NCBI RefSeq assembly: GCF_000315625.1
Contig: NW_005434560.1
Span: 128,020 to 192,019 of the forward strand
Source: Guillardia theta CCMP2712
Lineage: Eukaryota; Protista; Cryptophyta
Direction of reading: 5' to 3'
Length of the DNA stretch: 64,000 nucleotides
In this document: piece by piece, positions 1 to 9,178 of the stretch
Numbering within the stretch: position 1 is the first letter of the stretch
How the letters are laid out: the number at the start of each line of letters is the position of its first letter
Position numbers and translations under genes: made by a program
Notes under the pieces: generated by a model
Told to the model about the DNA's origin: nothing
Database searches by the model: none
The model's input: only the letters and a program-made list of their open reading frames with translations

Positions 1-142
1 GGACGATGAAAGCGATTAGAAGGAGTCCATGAATGAACGCATTGAACAGATTGCGGTTTCTGGAGTACCGCAACCTATCCTCTTCTTTTACCCCTGCGCC
101 CTCGAAAGCAAAGATCATCTTCAAATCATTCCCCAACCCCAT
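1..142 (-). CDS. 5' part of a membrane protein running off the window; possible heliorhodopsin
   Basis: Manual translation from ATG 142: MGLGNDLKMIFAFEGAGVKEEDRLRYSRNRNLFNAFIHGLLLIAFIV. RxxN...H followed by a hydrophobic run resembles heliorhodopsin TM1. TATAAAA box on the minus strand at ~190-197. Confidence 0.4.
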   Translation of the reverse strand, partial: MGLGNDLKMIFAFEGAGVKEEDRLRYSRNRNLFNAFIHGLLLIAFIV

Positions 143-223
143 GTGGTCACCTGCGATCCCTTCCTTCCCCACACTTACCCAAGCCCGCGTTTTATATGAA
201 GTGAGTAACTCACAATACCCTCC

Positions 224-1687
224 TCAGTCAATCTTGAGCCCCGCGCTGAAGTCCACCGTTGGGAGCACCGCGTTAATCGGCTGGGAGAAGGCGAAATGCT
301 GGTTGCCGCTCTGGTGCCCCTGCTGCTCCAGTCGTCTCCTCCGGAAGTCGTCGAACTCCGACCCAGTAGGGTCGTAGTTGAAGACCGAGCCCACCATCAT
401 GATGAACTGGAGGGTAAGCACACTGCTGAGGAAGTAGAGGTGAGGGTACGTGTTGACGTGGCCGGAAACCCCCGGAGCGAAGAGCCTCTCCCTGTGGCCG
501 AGCGCCGCGTCCTGGTCCCTGAACAAGAAGAGCAGCAGCGCGGTCATCTGGAGGGCGAGGTTCATTAGGATGTAAATCGGCACTGTCATCGGGTATTTCG
601 TCAGCGGGAAGTGCTGGTACCCATAGTCACCCAGGGCCTGAAGCAAGAAGCAGACCACCAGGGACCCGTTCATGATCCCGAACACGAGATAGAATTGGTT
701 CCAGATCCCATAGCGGTCACCCGTTTCGGCCATCCAGGGCGTTGACCTCACGTCACACACCACCGTGCCGTGATTGGCCGCCATCTGCAGCAGCAGTGTC
801 ATCGCCGTGAGGTGGAAAGTGAAGCTCGTGTGGACGAAGACGCGGTTGCCCCTCGCCCTCATGGTCGTCGCGGCGGAGAGGAAAAAGTAGAGCAGCACGA
901 TGATGGTCAGCAGCACCGTCCAGAGTACAAAATAAAGGTCCTGCCACGGAAACATGACCGGGAACAGCAGCTTGGCCAGCTGCTCGTTCACCGAGAGCGT
1001 ATCTCTCGCCCCTATGACCAGAGAGCCGTAGAAGATCCATATGACGGTCACCGCCAACACCGCCGTCAGCGCCCCGTTGACGACGGACTGGAAGCGGTGG
1101 TCTGTGATCTTCATCTTGTTTTCGACGAATGTGGCCAGCACCATGCCTACCACCATCAGCGCCGTGGCCAACGCGACCGAGCCCAGCGCCCAGAACGTCA
1201 GCGTGGGCACCGAGCCCGTGGGGTTGCTGGTGAAGCCACCCAGGGCAGTAAAGGTGGCATATGTGAAGAGCACCAAGACAGAGATCTCCACCACCCATAC
1301 AAAGATCCGAGAGGGGGCGAAGGTGCGGTTGACCTTGTCCAGCGCCTCATCTAGTTTCATCTCCTCTTTCTCCATACCCAGCTCGTCATCCATGGAAGGA
1401 TCATTGATGGGGGCATTCATGGGAGCATTCAAAGGAGTGTTCAAAGGAGTATTCATGGAGGTCATAAGAACCCTGTCCCGAGGGCGCCGGATCCTTGGAA
1501 ACAGCGCACCGAGGTTGGACTTCATGGGATCTTCGGACAGGGTCGTTTCCGGCTGGGGCGGGGTGTTCCGTTTTCGGGTGTACTGTAAGGGAATGCGTAG
1601 CACGCCAGGTGACGTCGGGTGCGACCTTCGGCGGAGGACCAGTTTCCCGGGCACCACCTCCTCGCGCGGGAGCCCACCACCCTGCAT
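224..1687 (-). CDS. Polytopic membrane protein (~8 TM), unknown function
   Basis: Long ORF with GC3-rich codons and many hydrophobic segments; short NTPL/NAPM repeats near the N-terminus; start uncertain. Confidence 0.75.
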   Translation of the reverse strand: MQGGGLPREEVVPGKLVLRRRSHPTSPGVLRIPLQYTRKRNTPPQPETTLSEDPMKSNLGALFPRIRRPRDRVLMTSMNTPLNTPLNAPMNAPINDPSMDDELGMEKEEMKLDEALDKVNRTFAPSRIFVWVVEISVLVLFTYATFTALGGFTSNPTGSVPTLTFWALGSVALATALMVVGMVLATFVENKMKITDHRFQSVVNGALTAVLAVTVIWIFYGSLVIGARDTLSVNEQLAKLLFPVMFPWQDLYFVLWTVLLTIIVLLYFFLSAATTMRARGNRVFVHTSFTFHLTAMTLLLQMAANHGTVVCDVRSTPWMAETGDRYGIWNQFYLVFGIMNGSLVVCFLLQALGDYGYQHFPLTKYPMTVPIYILMNLALQMTALLLFLFRDQDAALGHRERLFAPGVSGHVNTYPHLYFLSSVLTLQFIMMVGSVFNYDPTGSEFDDFRRRRLEQQGHQSGNQHFAFSQPINAVLPTVDFSAGLKID

Positions 1688-1763
1688 TTCATGTCTACAC
1701 TTACTTTACTAATTTTAATAGGCACACACCCACGTTAGCAACACACAAGTTACACAAATCAAA

Positions 1764-2964
1764 TTATACACAGGACTTGACACACTCCTTGACTGTCTCC
1801 ATCGCCCGGAACGCATACTGTTCGCACTCGAGCGTCCAATGCAGGCGGCTCTTGAAGGACACACGGACGCACAGGATGCCCCTCCGCGTCAGGGTGCAGT
1901 TGAATGTACTGCAGTTGTCGACCCACTTGCGCGGGAGGTCGGGGAACATGCCGGGCATGTCCTGCACGCTGAAGATGATGACGTTGTAGTGCTGCTCGGT
2001 GCGGCACATGAACCGGACGCAGTCGGGCCATCGCATGTTGAACAGGCGCTGCAGCATGCCCATCTCCGAAGTGTCCACATACCGGCCGACGTGGCAGTTG
2101 GCCCCGATCATGTTGACGGTGATGACGGGCTCCGAGCACAGCTCCTCCACCAGCGAAGACTGCAGCGTCGCAACGACATCCCGGGTGCTCCTGAACCCCC
2201 TGAAGAGCACGCTGGGCATCCCATCCTGATGCTGCAGGTTGCCGCTCAGGTGGTAGAGGTTGGACATGCGCCCGAAGCAGTTGACGTACACATCCAGGCA
2301 CGCCCTGTACTCCGGCTTGAAGACGTCCTTCGTCTTGATGTTCGTGCTGCAGGAAACACCCCGAAGGTCCATCTTCCCACTCATGTTGTGGACGCGGAAG
2401 GATGACTCCTCCTGGTGGAAGTACTGGCTCGTCATGAGATCGTAGAAAGGGCCCCAGGCGACCAGGGCCTGCGGAACATCCCCGTTGCTGAACCCACCGG
2501 TCATATCGATGTCCAGGCCCACCGTGTAGCCATCCTTACCCTCGGAGCCCTGCACCGTCGCCTGCAACTGCAGGCCGCCCACCTCCACGCGGAAGGCCGT
2601 CGCGTCACCCCTGGCCCACACCCTCCTGTAGATCCTCATCGTCCCCCCCATGTTGAAGACGAGGACGTATTGCGCGTTCTTGCCCTGCGCATCCACCTTC
2701 CGCTCACTGTGGCTGGTCTTCAGGCGCTTCCGAAAACATGACCTCGCGGACAACCTTGTCATATCGGAGGCAAGATCCAAGGAAGCACCGAGACGCACAG
2801 TTCCACCTCGCATCCTCCACCGTCACAAGGGCACCGGTCGGGTTGAAGAGGGAGAAGTGGACCGGCTCGGAAACCAGCACCTCCACCACGCTCAGCTCAC
2901 CGCGTGGCGCCAGGACGATGCGATGCAGCCCCACCCAGCGGAGGATCTGCCCCTGCAATTCCAT
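1764..2964 (-). CDS. Frameshifted gene (2964-~2735 joined to ~2733-1764); C-terminal part weakly resembles divergent TBP-like proteins
   Basis: MELQGQ... frame and RKRLKTSHSERK... frame join if one T is removed from the T4 run at 2733-2736; both parts have coding-like GC3 bias. Motifs VYVNCFG...SGNLQ and VNMIGANCHVG are TBP-like by eye. Confidence 0.55.
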
Positions 2965-3113
2965 AGGGGCGCAACGCGCGTTACCCCTCCCTGCACGCCG
3001 CCCCTCCCAGCACCCCTCCCCTACTTTTTTTTTACCAAACCAAACCCGACCAAAAAAAAAAGCGCGGGAAAGCGGGCCCGTGAAGGGTTCCTTGGCGCCC
3101 AACCCATGGGGGG

Positions 3114-3467
3114 ATGCGGTCTTTTGTGATCTTCCTTTGCATGTGCCTTCTGTGTGCTCCATCCAGAAGCTGCCACGTCCTGGTCAAGGGCATATCGACG
3201 GTCCTGCGCGAGAACATCGTCTACAGCAAGCGTGAAATGCGCCAGTGTCTGAACCATATCATCCACTGCCCGCACTGGCACCGCAACTGCAAGGAGAACG
3301 CACACCACCAGAGGGTGCTGCTGCAGCCAGAGAGCATCGACTTCCTCGTGAAATCGGGATTGTATGCAGAGCTCATGGAGCTGGGTATCCGGGGAGGGCA
3401 TCCTTCCCCGAATTGTGACAAGCCCCTTTCACACTGCAGGCCTCCCCAGGGCCCGTCCCCCGCCTAG
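3114..3467 (+). CDS. Small secreted Cys/His-containing protein
   Basis: N-terminal signal peptide (MRSFVIFLCMCLLCAPS); GC3-rich codons on this strand. Confidence 0.65.
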   Translation: MRSFVIFLCMCLLCAPSRSCHVLVKGISTVLRENIVYSKREMRQCLNHIIHCPHWHRNCKENAHHQRVLLQPESIDFLVKSGLYAELMELGIRGGHPSPNCDKPLSHCRPPQGPSPA

Positions 3468-4079
3468 GGTCCAGGCGGGCATCGCCAGGCGGTTGGCGTG
3501 GAGGTTCTGACCTATGTGTAACGACGCGTTCGTGGTCTTCTTGTCTTCCGCCTTCACGTCGGTCTTGGGAGAATGGCTGGGAGAATGATTGCCCAGAAGG
3601 AATACCATCAGCACCCCAGACACCGATATCACCAGCAGGACCTGGAACACGACGAGCTCCACCTCCCGCATGTTCTGCCGCGTCACGAACCTCCTGCTCA
3701 CCGGGTCGTACACCACCTGCACGTCGTTGTAGAAGTCGGCGTCGTGCAGCGTCTGCGAGTGGAAGTTCCCCATGACTGCCAGGAGTACCAGCCTCACCAA
3801 CTCCCCGTCATGGAAGAGACTCGCGTTGCGGATGTCCTCCAAACTGCCCAACGAGGAGAAGTTCCCGGAAATCGACAGCAGCTCCCCGTACACCGCGGAG
3901 AGCACCACCGGGTCGACGGAGCTCTGCACCGTGCTCCCGTCCCGCACCACGAAGATCCTCTGCACCTCCGACACCACCACGGGGGACAGAGTGCCGAAGA
4001 AGAACGACGGGGTTGCCTGCGATGCAGCACCGGAGTCGACAGAGAGGCAGAGCAAAAGCAGAATAAAGAAACCTTGCAT
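3429..4079 (-). CDS. Type I membrane protein
   Basis: Signal peptide MQGFFILLLLCLSV and one C-terminal TM; ATTTAAG box upstream. Confidence 0.7.
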   Translation of the reverse strand: MQGFFILLLLCLSVDSGAASQATPSFFFGTLSPVVVSEVQRIFVVRDGSTVQSSVDPVVLSAVYGELLSISGNFSSLGSLEDIRNASLFHDGELVRLVLLAVMGNFHSQTLHDADFYNDVQVVYDPVSRRFVTRQNMREVELVVFQVLLVISVSGVLMVFLLGNHSPSHSPKTDVKAEDKKTTNASLHIGQNLHANRLAMPAWTLGGGRALGRPAV

Positions 4080-4171
4080 CCACACCAAACAAAATACATC
4101 AAGTTGCATCCTATTTGGCTTAAATGCGGGCTGCCATATAAGATGTTATTATGGGCGTGAGGTAAAGGAAG

Positions 4172-4414
4172 ATGGACCCACCTACTGCAGAACCAGTCTA
4201 TCCACCCCAACAACTAATGATTCACAACCATCACATTTACCATCACACGGTTGACCAGTCTCATGAAAACAGCAATGTTCTCCTTCAATCCATCTTATGT
4301 TGTCTCTTCTTTGGCTGTCCATGGAATTTGCTCCTTTGCCAAGCGGAACCCACCAGGAGACGTACAATCTCGGTGCATCAAACTCACTATAATCAATACC
4401 CGCACAATCAATAA
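4172..4414 (+). CDS. Small His/Cys-rich membrane-associated protein (CYSTM-like layout)
   Basis: TATAAG at ~4137; stop overlaps AATAAA; hydrophobic LCCLFFGCPW segment. Confidence 0.5.
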   Translation: MDPPTAEPVYPPQQLMIHNHHIYHHTVDQSHENSNVLLQSILCCLFFGCPWNLLLCQAEPTRRRTISVHQTHYNQYPHNQ

Positions 4415-4462
4415 AAAAAGAGTATATCCACCTACATCGTTGTCCCATTCCTTGCCCACCCC

Positions 4463-4750
4463 ATCCCTCACCCTCCCTCCAACACGTCTTCGCAGCCTAG
4501 GCCAGAGAGGCGGGGCCCAGTGAACCCCATCCTGCGCCACCTGCTCACCGAAGCCTCCGGGATCAAGAGCGCCAGGGTCGAGGAGCACGTCAGGCTCGTC
4601 CAGGAGCGCAAGCGACAGGAACTCCGCGACTACGTCATCGTCTGCATCCAGAGGCTCGACCCCCAGAGGCCCTCCCTCCTCCCGCCTCCCGACCACCACT
4701 CCAACGTGCACGCCATCATGGAGGAGACGCTCCGGAGGTGGAAGGATTAA
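4463..4750 (+). CDS. Small ORF without ATG (in-frame ATC at 4463 or splice acceptor at 4494-4495)
   Basis: Strong GC3 coding signal from 4520; TATAT at ~4423; no in-frame ATG upstream. Confidence 0.45.
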   Translation: MPHPPSNTSSQPRPERRGPVNPILRHLLTEASGIKSARVEEHVRLVQERKRQELRDYVIVCIQRLDPQRPSLLPPPDHHSNVHAIMEETLRRWKD

Positions 4751-4781
4751 TAGAGAATAAGACAAGAAGACACCACAGGAA

Positions 4782-5279
4782 ATGCTCGCCTTCGACATCG
4801 AGACCATGGGCCTCAGCATGCACCACCACGAAATCACTGTCGCCGCCGTCTACGACCCAACCAAGGGCATCCGCCACTGCTACAACTTCTACAGGCACCG
4901 CCACGACCGCACCAGGTGGCAGCGCGAGGTGGACGATTTCCTACGCACCCTCGACGAGGCCCGCACCCTCTGCACCTTCAACGGCATCCGTTTCGACATC
5001 CCCTTCATCCAGACACAGTTCAAGGTCGACCCGGAGAGGGTGGGCCGCTGGGTGCTCAAGACCGTCGACCTCTTCCACCGCTGGAAGCTCCTCCGCGACC
5101 ACACCTTCTCCCTCGACAAGCTCCTCATCGCCAACGGCCTCCCCGTCAAGACGTCCAAGGGCTGCTTCGCCATCGATATGGCCAGGCAGCAGCGCTGGGA
5201 CGAGCTCGAGGACTACTGCATGAACGACACCGTCCTCACCCACCTCGTCTCGTCCAAGGAGAGGCTCGTCATACCCTGA
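4782..5279 (+). CDS. DEDD/RNase H-fold 3'-5' exonuclease
   Basis: ExoI AFDIET, ExoII TFNGIRFDIP, ExoIII DYCMND motifs. Confidence 0.85.
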   Translation: MLAFDIETMGLSMHHHEITVAAVYDPTKGIRHCYNFYRHRHDRTRWQREVDDFLRTLDEARTLCTFNGIRFDIPFIQTQFKVDPERVGRWVLKTVDLFHRWKLLRDHTFSLDKLLIANGLPVKTSKGCFAIDMARQQRWDELEDYCMNDTVLTHLVSSKERLVIP

Positions 5280-5321
5280 AGTTATTAAAATTCGAACTTT
5301 ATTCTCGTGTACGTACAAGCT

Positions 5322-6572
5322 CTACTTGGAGTACTTCTTGGAAAGCATAACCTTGTGCTGATAGTCGAACTCAGAGATCCAGTAATTGAACATCACCCGC
5401 TCAATTGCCTCTCCGGTGTTGTTCTTCTTGAACTCCTCTGTGTACACCTCCGACCCGTCGGCCCTGCGCTTGATCCCCGGATTGGACGGTTGCCAGCCAA
5501 GAGCCCTGAAGTCCACAAAATGTTGGTCCTTCTCGCTGAGCAGGACAAGCGACTCTAGCTTCTTGATCCTCTTATCCTGCAACTTCGAATCATCGGGAGT
5601 TGGGGTAGGAGCACGAATGATGTCGAGGAAATTTTGCATAACAAGACCATGAAACTTCATAGGCTTCAGCATATCTCTCCAAAGCATCTTGAAGGTCTTG
5701 TGTACAAACTTGTCATCGAGCGACACATTGCACAGGATACGGAAGAAATGGCACCACGTCTTTGCCTCGTTCGTGCTCTTGTAGAGAGCTTTCAGCCCTT
5801 TGTCCTCATGGGTCAGCTCTTTGTTCTTCATCCTGACGACAGATGCCAGGAACATGGAAACACCAACCTTGACGTAGCAATTCTCGTAGCAGGGAACATC
5901 TGGCTTCTCCTCGTTCGATCGAAGGATGTCCAACATACCCAGGATAACATCCCTGGCAAGCTTATTGCGCAGCTCCTTGCACTTCGCGACCTGCTCATCC
6001 GGCGGGGCATCGTTGACCTTGGAGACATATATCCAGGCTATCTCGGTCATCTCATTCAGATTCTTATACTTGGCCACGGTCACTTTGTTCACAGCGTCAT
6101 CGTCGGTAGGATCAACATTCGTATTGTCACGGATTGAGATCATGTACTTGCGGTATGAAAGCTTGCAATCCGTCTTGATCTGCTCAAACTTTTCCCAGCA
6201 CATCTTCCCAAGCTTGTCAAAGTCGATGTCATACTCTGGTTCATATTCCACGTCCTGCCATTGCTGGAATATCGGCGACTGACCCTGCTGACCCTCTGCG
6301 GAGTAACCGTCCTCTGGAGTTGGTGTCTCTTCATCTTCTTCCAACACTTGCGTCTCCTTATCGTCTTCCTCCTCCAGAATCTGCGTCTCGTTATCCAAAT
6401 CCTCCATCTTCTCACTGACGGGAGAAGGACTTGGAGTCGGGGTCGGTGGTATGATGTAGCACTGCTTCTTCATTTCATAGGGTATCTTATCGACGTAATC
6501 CCTAGGATCAAATCTCTGAAGCTCGATCTTGTAATCGTACAACGAAAGGTCTAGCAAGATATTGATAAACAT
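5322..6572 (-). CDS. Hypothetical protein with acidic N-terminal region (ETQIL/ETQVL repeats)
   Basis: Long AT-richer ORF; GTATTTAAA box at ~6605-6612. Confidence 0.7.
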   Translation of the reverse strand: MFINILLDLSLYDYKIELQRFDPRDYVDKIPYEMKKQCYIIPPTPTPSPSPVSEKMEDLDNETQILEEEDDKETQVLEEDEETPTPEDGYSAEGQQGQSPIFQQWQDVEYEPEYDIDFDKLGKMCWEKFEQIKTDCKLSYRKYMISIRDNTNVDPTDDDAVNKVTVAKYKNLNEMTEIAWIYVSKVNDAPPDEQVAKCKELRNKLARDVILGMLDILRSNEEKPDVPCYENCYVKVGVSMFLASVVRMKNKELTHEDKGLKALYKSTNEAKTWCHFFRILCNVSLDDKFVHKTFKMLWRDMLKPMKFHGLVMQNFLDIIRAPTPTPDDSKLQDKRIKKLESLVLLSEKDQHFVDFRALGWQPSNPGIKRRADGSEVYTEEFKKNNTGEAIERVMFNYWISEFDYQHKVMLSKKYSK

Positions 6573-6665
6573 TTCGATGCGTGACCCGACCGCTATACCA
6601 GGCTTTAAATACACTCTCTGTCTATTTAAAAAAAAAACAGAAAAAAACCAACAGAAAAAAAAATA

Positions 6666-6923
6666 ATGCCCACCCTCCCGGACACCCTCCGCGCAGCCAC
6701 CCTCCTGGCCTCCTTCGGCCTCTTCGTCGTGCTCCCGCTCTACACCCCGCTGGGGATCGCCCCCGCCATCGCCGGGGCCCTGCGCAACCAGGTGGGTCTC
6801 GACGCCTCCCAGTCCGGCCTCTACCGCAACGTCTACATCTCCACCGCGGGCCTCTTCGTCCTCTCCCTCTACGTCACCGGGTGCAAGTTCATAAACCCTT
6901 CATTGGAAACAAAAGATAATTAG
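6666..6923 (+). CDS. Small two-TM protein
   Basis: 85 aa, two hydrophobic helices, GC3-rich. Confidence 0.6.
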   Translation: MPTLPDTLRAATLLASFGLFVVLPLYTPLGIAPAIAGALRNQVGLDASQSGLYRNVYISTAGLFVLSLYVTGCKFINPSLETKDN

Positions 6924-8626
6924 ATAGCAAAGGTCAGCGAGCTCGACATCCCGCTGTACACGTCCGCGAACGTCGTCGCGTGGATAGGAACAGGGTTGAG
7001 ATAAGCAGGGAAATTCAGGTTGTGATTCGCTGCGTTTCCACAGAAGAATTTCTGCGGCTGGTTAAAGGTGCAGTGCGTCTTGTTCAGGCCCAGCAACACG
7101 TCGATGAACACGACGAGGGAGCCTGCGATGATCGCGAAGGCGAAGATTATGGCGTTGAAGTACACGACCCACCTGTAATTGGTGGTCGTGAAGTAATTAC
7201 AGAGAAGGATGGATGCCACGAATGGAAAGTTCAACAAATAAGCGAACCATGTCAAAAACTTCGTGGACTCCGCGGGGTTGAGCAGAATGATGTCGTAGAC
7301 AATCTGGTTGATCCACAGCAACAGAAACACGGCAAACACCAAGATCGTATCCATGCTGTAATTGATGGTGAGATTAGGTAGGTCTGGATCTTCCTGCATT
7401 AAACCAGGATTTTCATCTGATTCCTTTCCATCATCCACCAGGATCGCCCTGGGATTGCCATCCTGATAGGCATCCGGTGCAGTCAAACCAAACTGTGTCC
7501 GCATGAATCCAAACCTCGCGTTCTGTTTTGCGGCCATGTCCATCTCCTTCTGCACCTTGTTGTGCGTACGGATGGGATTAATCCTGCGGTAGTTCAGGAG
7601 CATCAGCCCCATGATGAGCAGCACCGATCGCACAAAGGCCGCCTGGAACGACCACTCCACGGCGTTGTTCACTGCGATGGCGTAGAGACTCAGGATCAAG
7701 GTGGGAAAGAGGAAGATTTGCGAGCTCAGGATCACGTTGATCACTCTGTAGTTCTCGTATGATTCATTGCTTTGCATATTCTTCCCAGGTGGAAGAAAAC
7801 TATTTGTCATCCGGATGCATGCAATAAGATTGATACCTTCGAACATGGCAACGTCCCCCTTCACTTGGTCCTTGCTGCATCTCCTCATAGTAATAATCTG
7901 CTGCACAATCGTGGCAGCGATGAGCACCAGCGCAAAGATGACGTTGTTGCGGGGGATGACCGCGTTGTCGACCTGGAAGATCGCGGAGAAGAGCACCACA
8001 ATGAGGATTAAAATGTGCCAGAAGGAATAGATCCAGATCTTGAACATTCCAAAGTATTGCAACAACCAGAAAATCTTGTTTGCCTCAGTGTAACCCGAAC
8101 AGTCCCAGAGGAGCAACAGCCAGCTCGCGTACATGAAGAGCACCACCATGACCATGAAGAAGGGATTCCAGGCCGCGGAGAAGGTGATGCTCACGGGGTT
8201 GTTGCGGTACAGCGCCACCTGCTTCGAGCGCTCGATGTTGCACAACCTGTGTTGCCTTTCACGTTCAGTCATAGAGAGACCAGCAGCGTATCCCGCATCC
8301 TGGCACAGGTAGTAGGTGTAGTTCCTGCGGTCCGCGAAGGTGGGTTCGTCGAAGCTCAGAGGCAGGGGAGCCATCGGCATGTACGACATCCCGCCCGGGG
8401 TGGTGGTCTGCAGCACCGAAGTCTCCCCGAAGAGGGTCACGTGCTGGCTGCCGATGGCACGGCCGTACACATTGCTGTACAGCGACTTGAAGATGGGGAA
8501 GCTGATCTTGCCCTCATTCTCACCGTAGACTTGGATGTGCCGAATGTAAGCACCGAAGAACAGTATGGAACAACAGAACGCCAGCAAGAATAGAGACATG
8601 AACAAGCCGCGCTCGGTCTGGGCCAT
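6920..8626 (-). CDS. Polytopic membrane protein (~9 TM)
   Basis: Multiple TM segments; TATAAA at ~8670 favours the MAQTER start. Confidence 0.75.
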   Translation of the reverse strand: MAQTERGLFMSLFLLAFCCSILFFGAYIRHIQVYGENEGKISFPIFKSLYSNVYGRAIGSQHVTLFGETSVLQTTTPGGMSYMPMAPLPLSFDEPTFADRRNYTYYLCQDAGYAAGLSMTERERQHRLCNIERSKQVALYRNNPVSITFSAAWNPFFMVMVVLFMYASWLLLLWDCSGYTEANKIFWLLQYFGMFKIWIYSFWHILILIVVLFSAIFQVDNAVIPRNNVIFALVLIAATIVQQIITMRRCSKDQVKGDVAMFEGINLIACIRMTNSFLPPGKNMQSNESYENYRVINVILSSQIFLFPTLILSLYAIAVNNAVEWSFQAAFVRSVLLIMGLMLLNYRRINPIRTHNKVQKEMDMAAKQNARFGFMRTQFGLTAPDAYQDGNPRAILVDDGKESDENPGLMQEDPDLPNLTINYSMDTILVFAVFLLLWINQIVYDIILLNPAESTKFLTWFAYLLNFPFVASILLCNYFTTTNYRWVVYFNAIIFAFAIIAGSLVVFIDVLLGLNKTHCTFNQPQKFFCGNAANHNLNFPAYLNPVPIHATTFADVYSGMSSSLTFAI

Positions 8627-8709
8627 GATGCACCGGCTGCCCTTTCCTACACATGCCCTGCCCTCGCCATTTATATGGTGGAGCGCCCGAAAAATTTCCA
8701 CGGTGCTAG

Positions 8710-9132
8710 CTACGTAGCCTTACCCGCACAGCGCAGGAGGTCAACATTCAGGAGGTCCAGGTCCAGAAGCCCCGCGCCCATCCCCCCGAATCCACCCGTG
8801 CAAATGCCCGGCACCAGCAAACGGGACGCCACCGCCACGCTCGAGGTGACGATGAAGAGCACCACAAAGAAGGCCAGCAGGAGGCTGTCCCGCTCCGGCA
8901 CGGAGAACACCACCGAGAAGCTCGTCGACGAGTGCGGGTTGTGGGTGCAGATCACGTCCACGTCGGGGAAGCGGTCCTTCACCCGGTCGTGCATCTCCCC
9001 GTTCCACTCCTCGTAGTCCGTCAGCATGCAGGTCGTCCCGCTCACCACCATGCATCTCCCCCCGTGCGCCTCCGTGTTGCACACCTCCCTGACGTGGGTG
9101 CAGATGCGGTCGATCTTGCGCGCCCCCTCCAT
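8710..9132 (-). CDS. Small protein with C-terminal TM
   Basis: 140 aa, GC3-rich, one TM. Confidence 0.6.
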   Translation of the reverse strand: MEGARKIDRICTHVREVCNTEAHGGRCMVVSGTTCMLTDYEEWNGEMHDRVKDRFPDVDVICTHNPHSSTSFSVVFSVPERDSLLLAFFVVLFIVTSSVAVASRLLVPGICTGGFGGMGAGLLDLDLLNVDLLRCAGKAT

Positions 9133-9178
9133 GTTTTCTATAAAACCCTTCTAGCTCGACAACGGGGAGGGAAGAAAT

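Noticed and set aside
6764-6776. 13-nt complement to the sequence upstream of the terminase acceptor, as a trans-splicing pairing site
   Set aside because: Lies inside an unrelated membrane gene, has no adjacent terminase exon, and is plausible by chance in GC-rich DNA.
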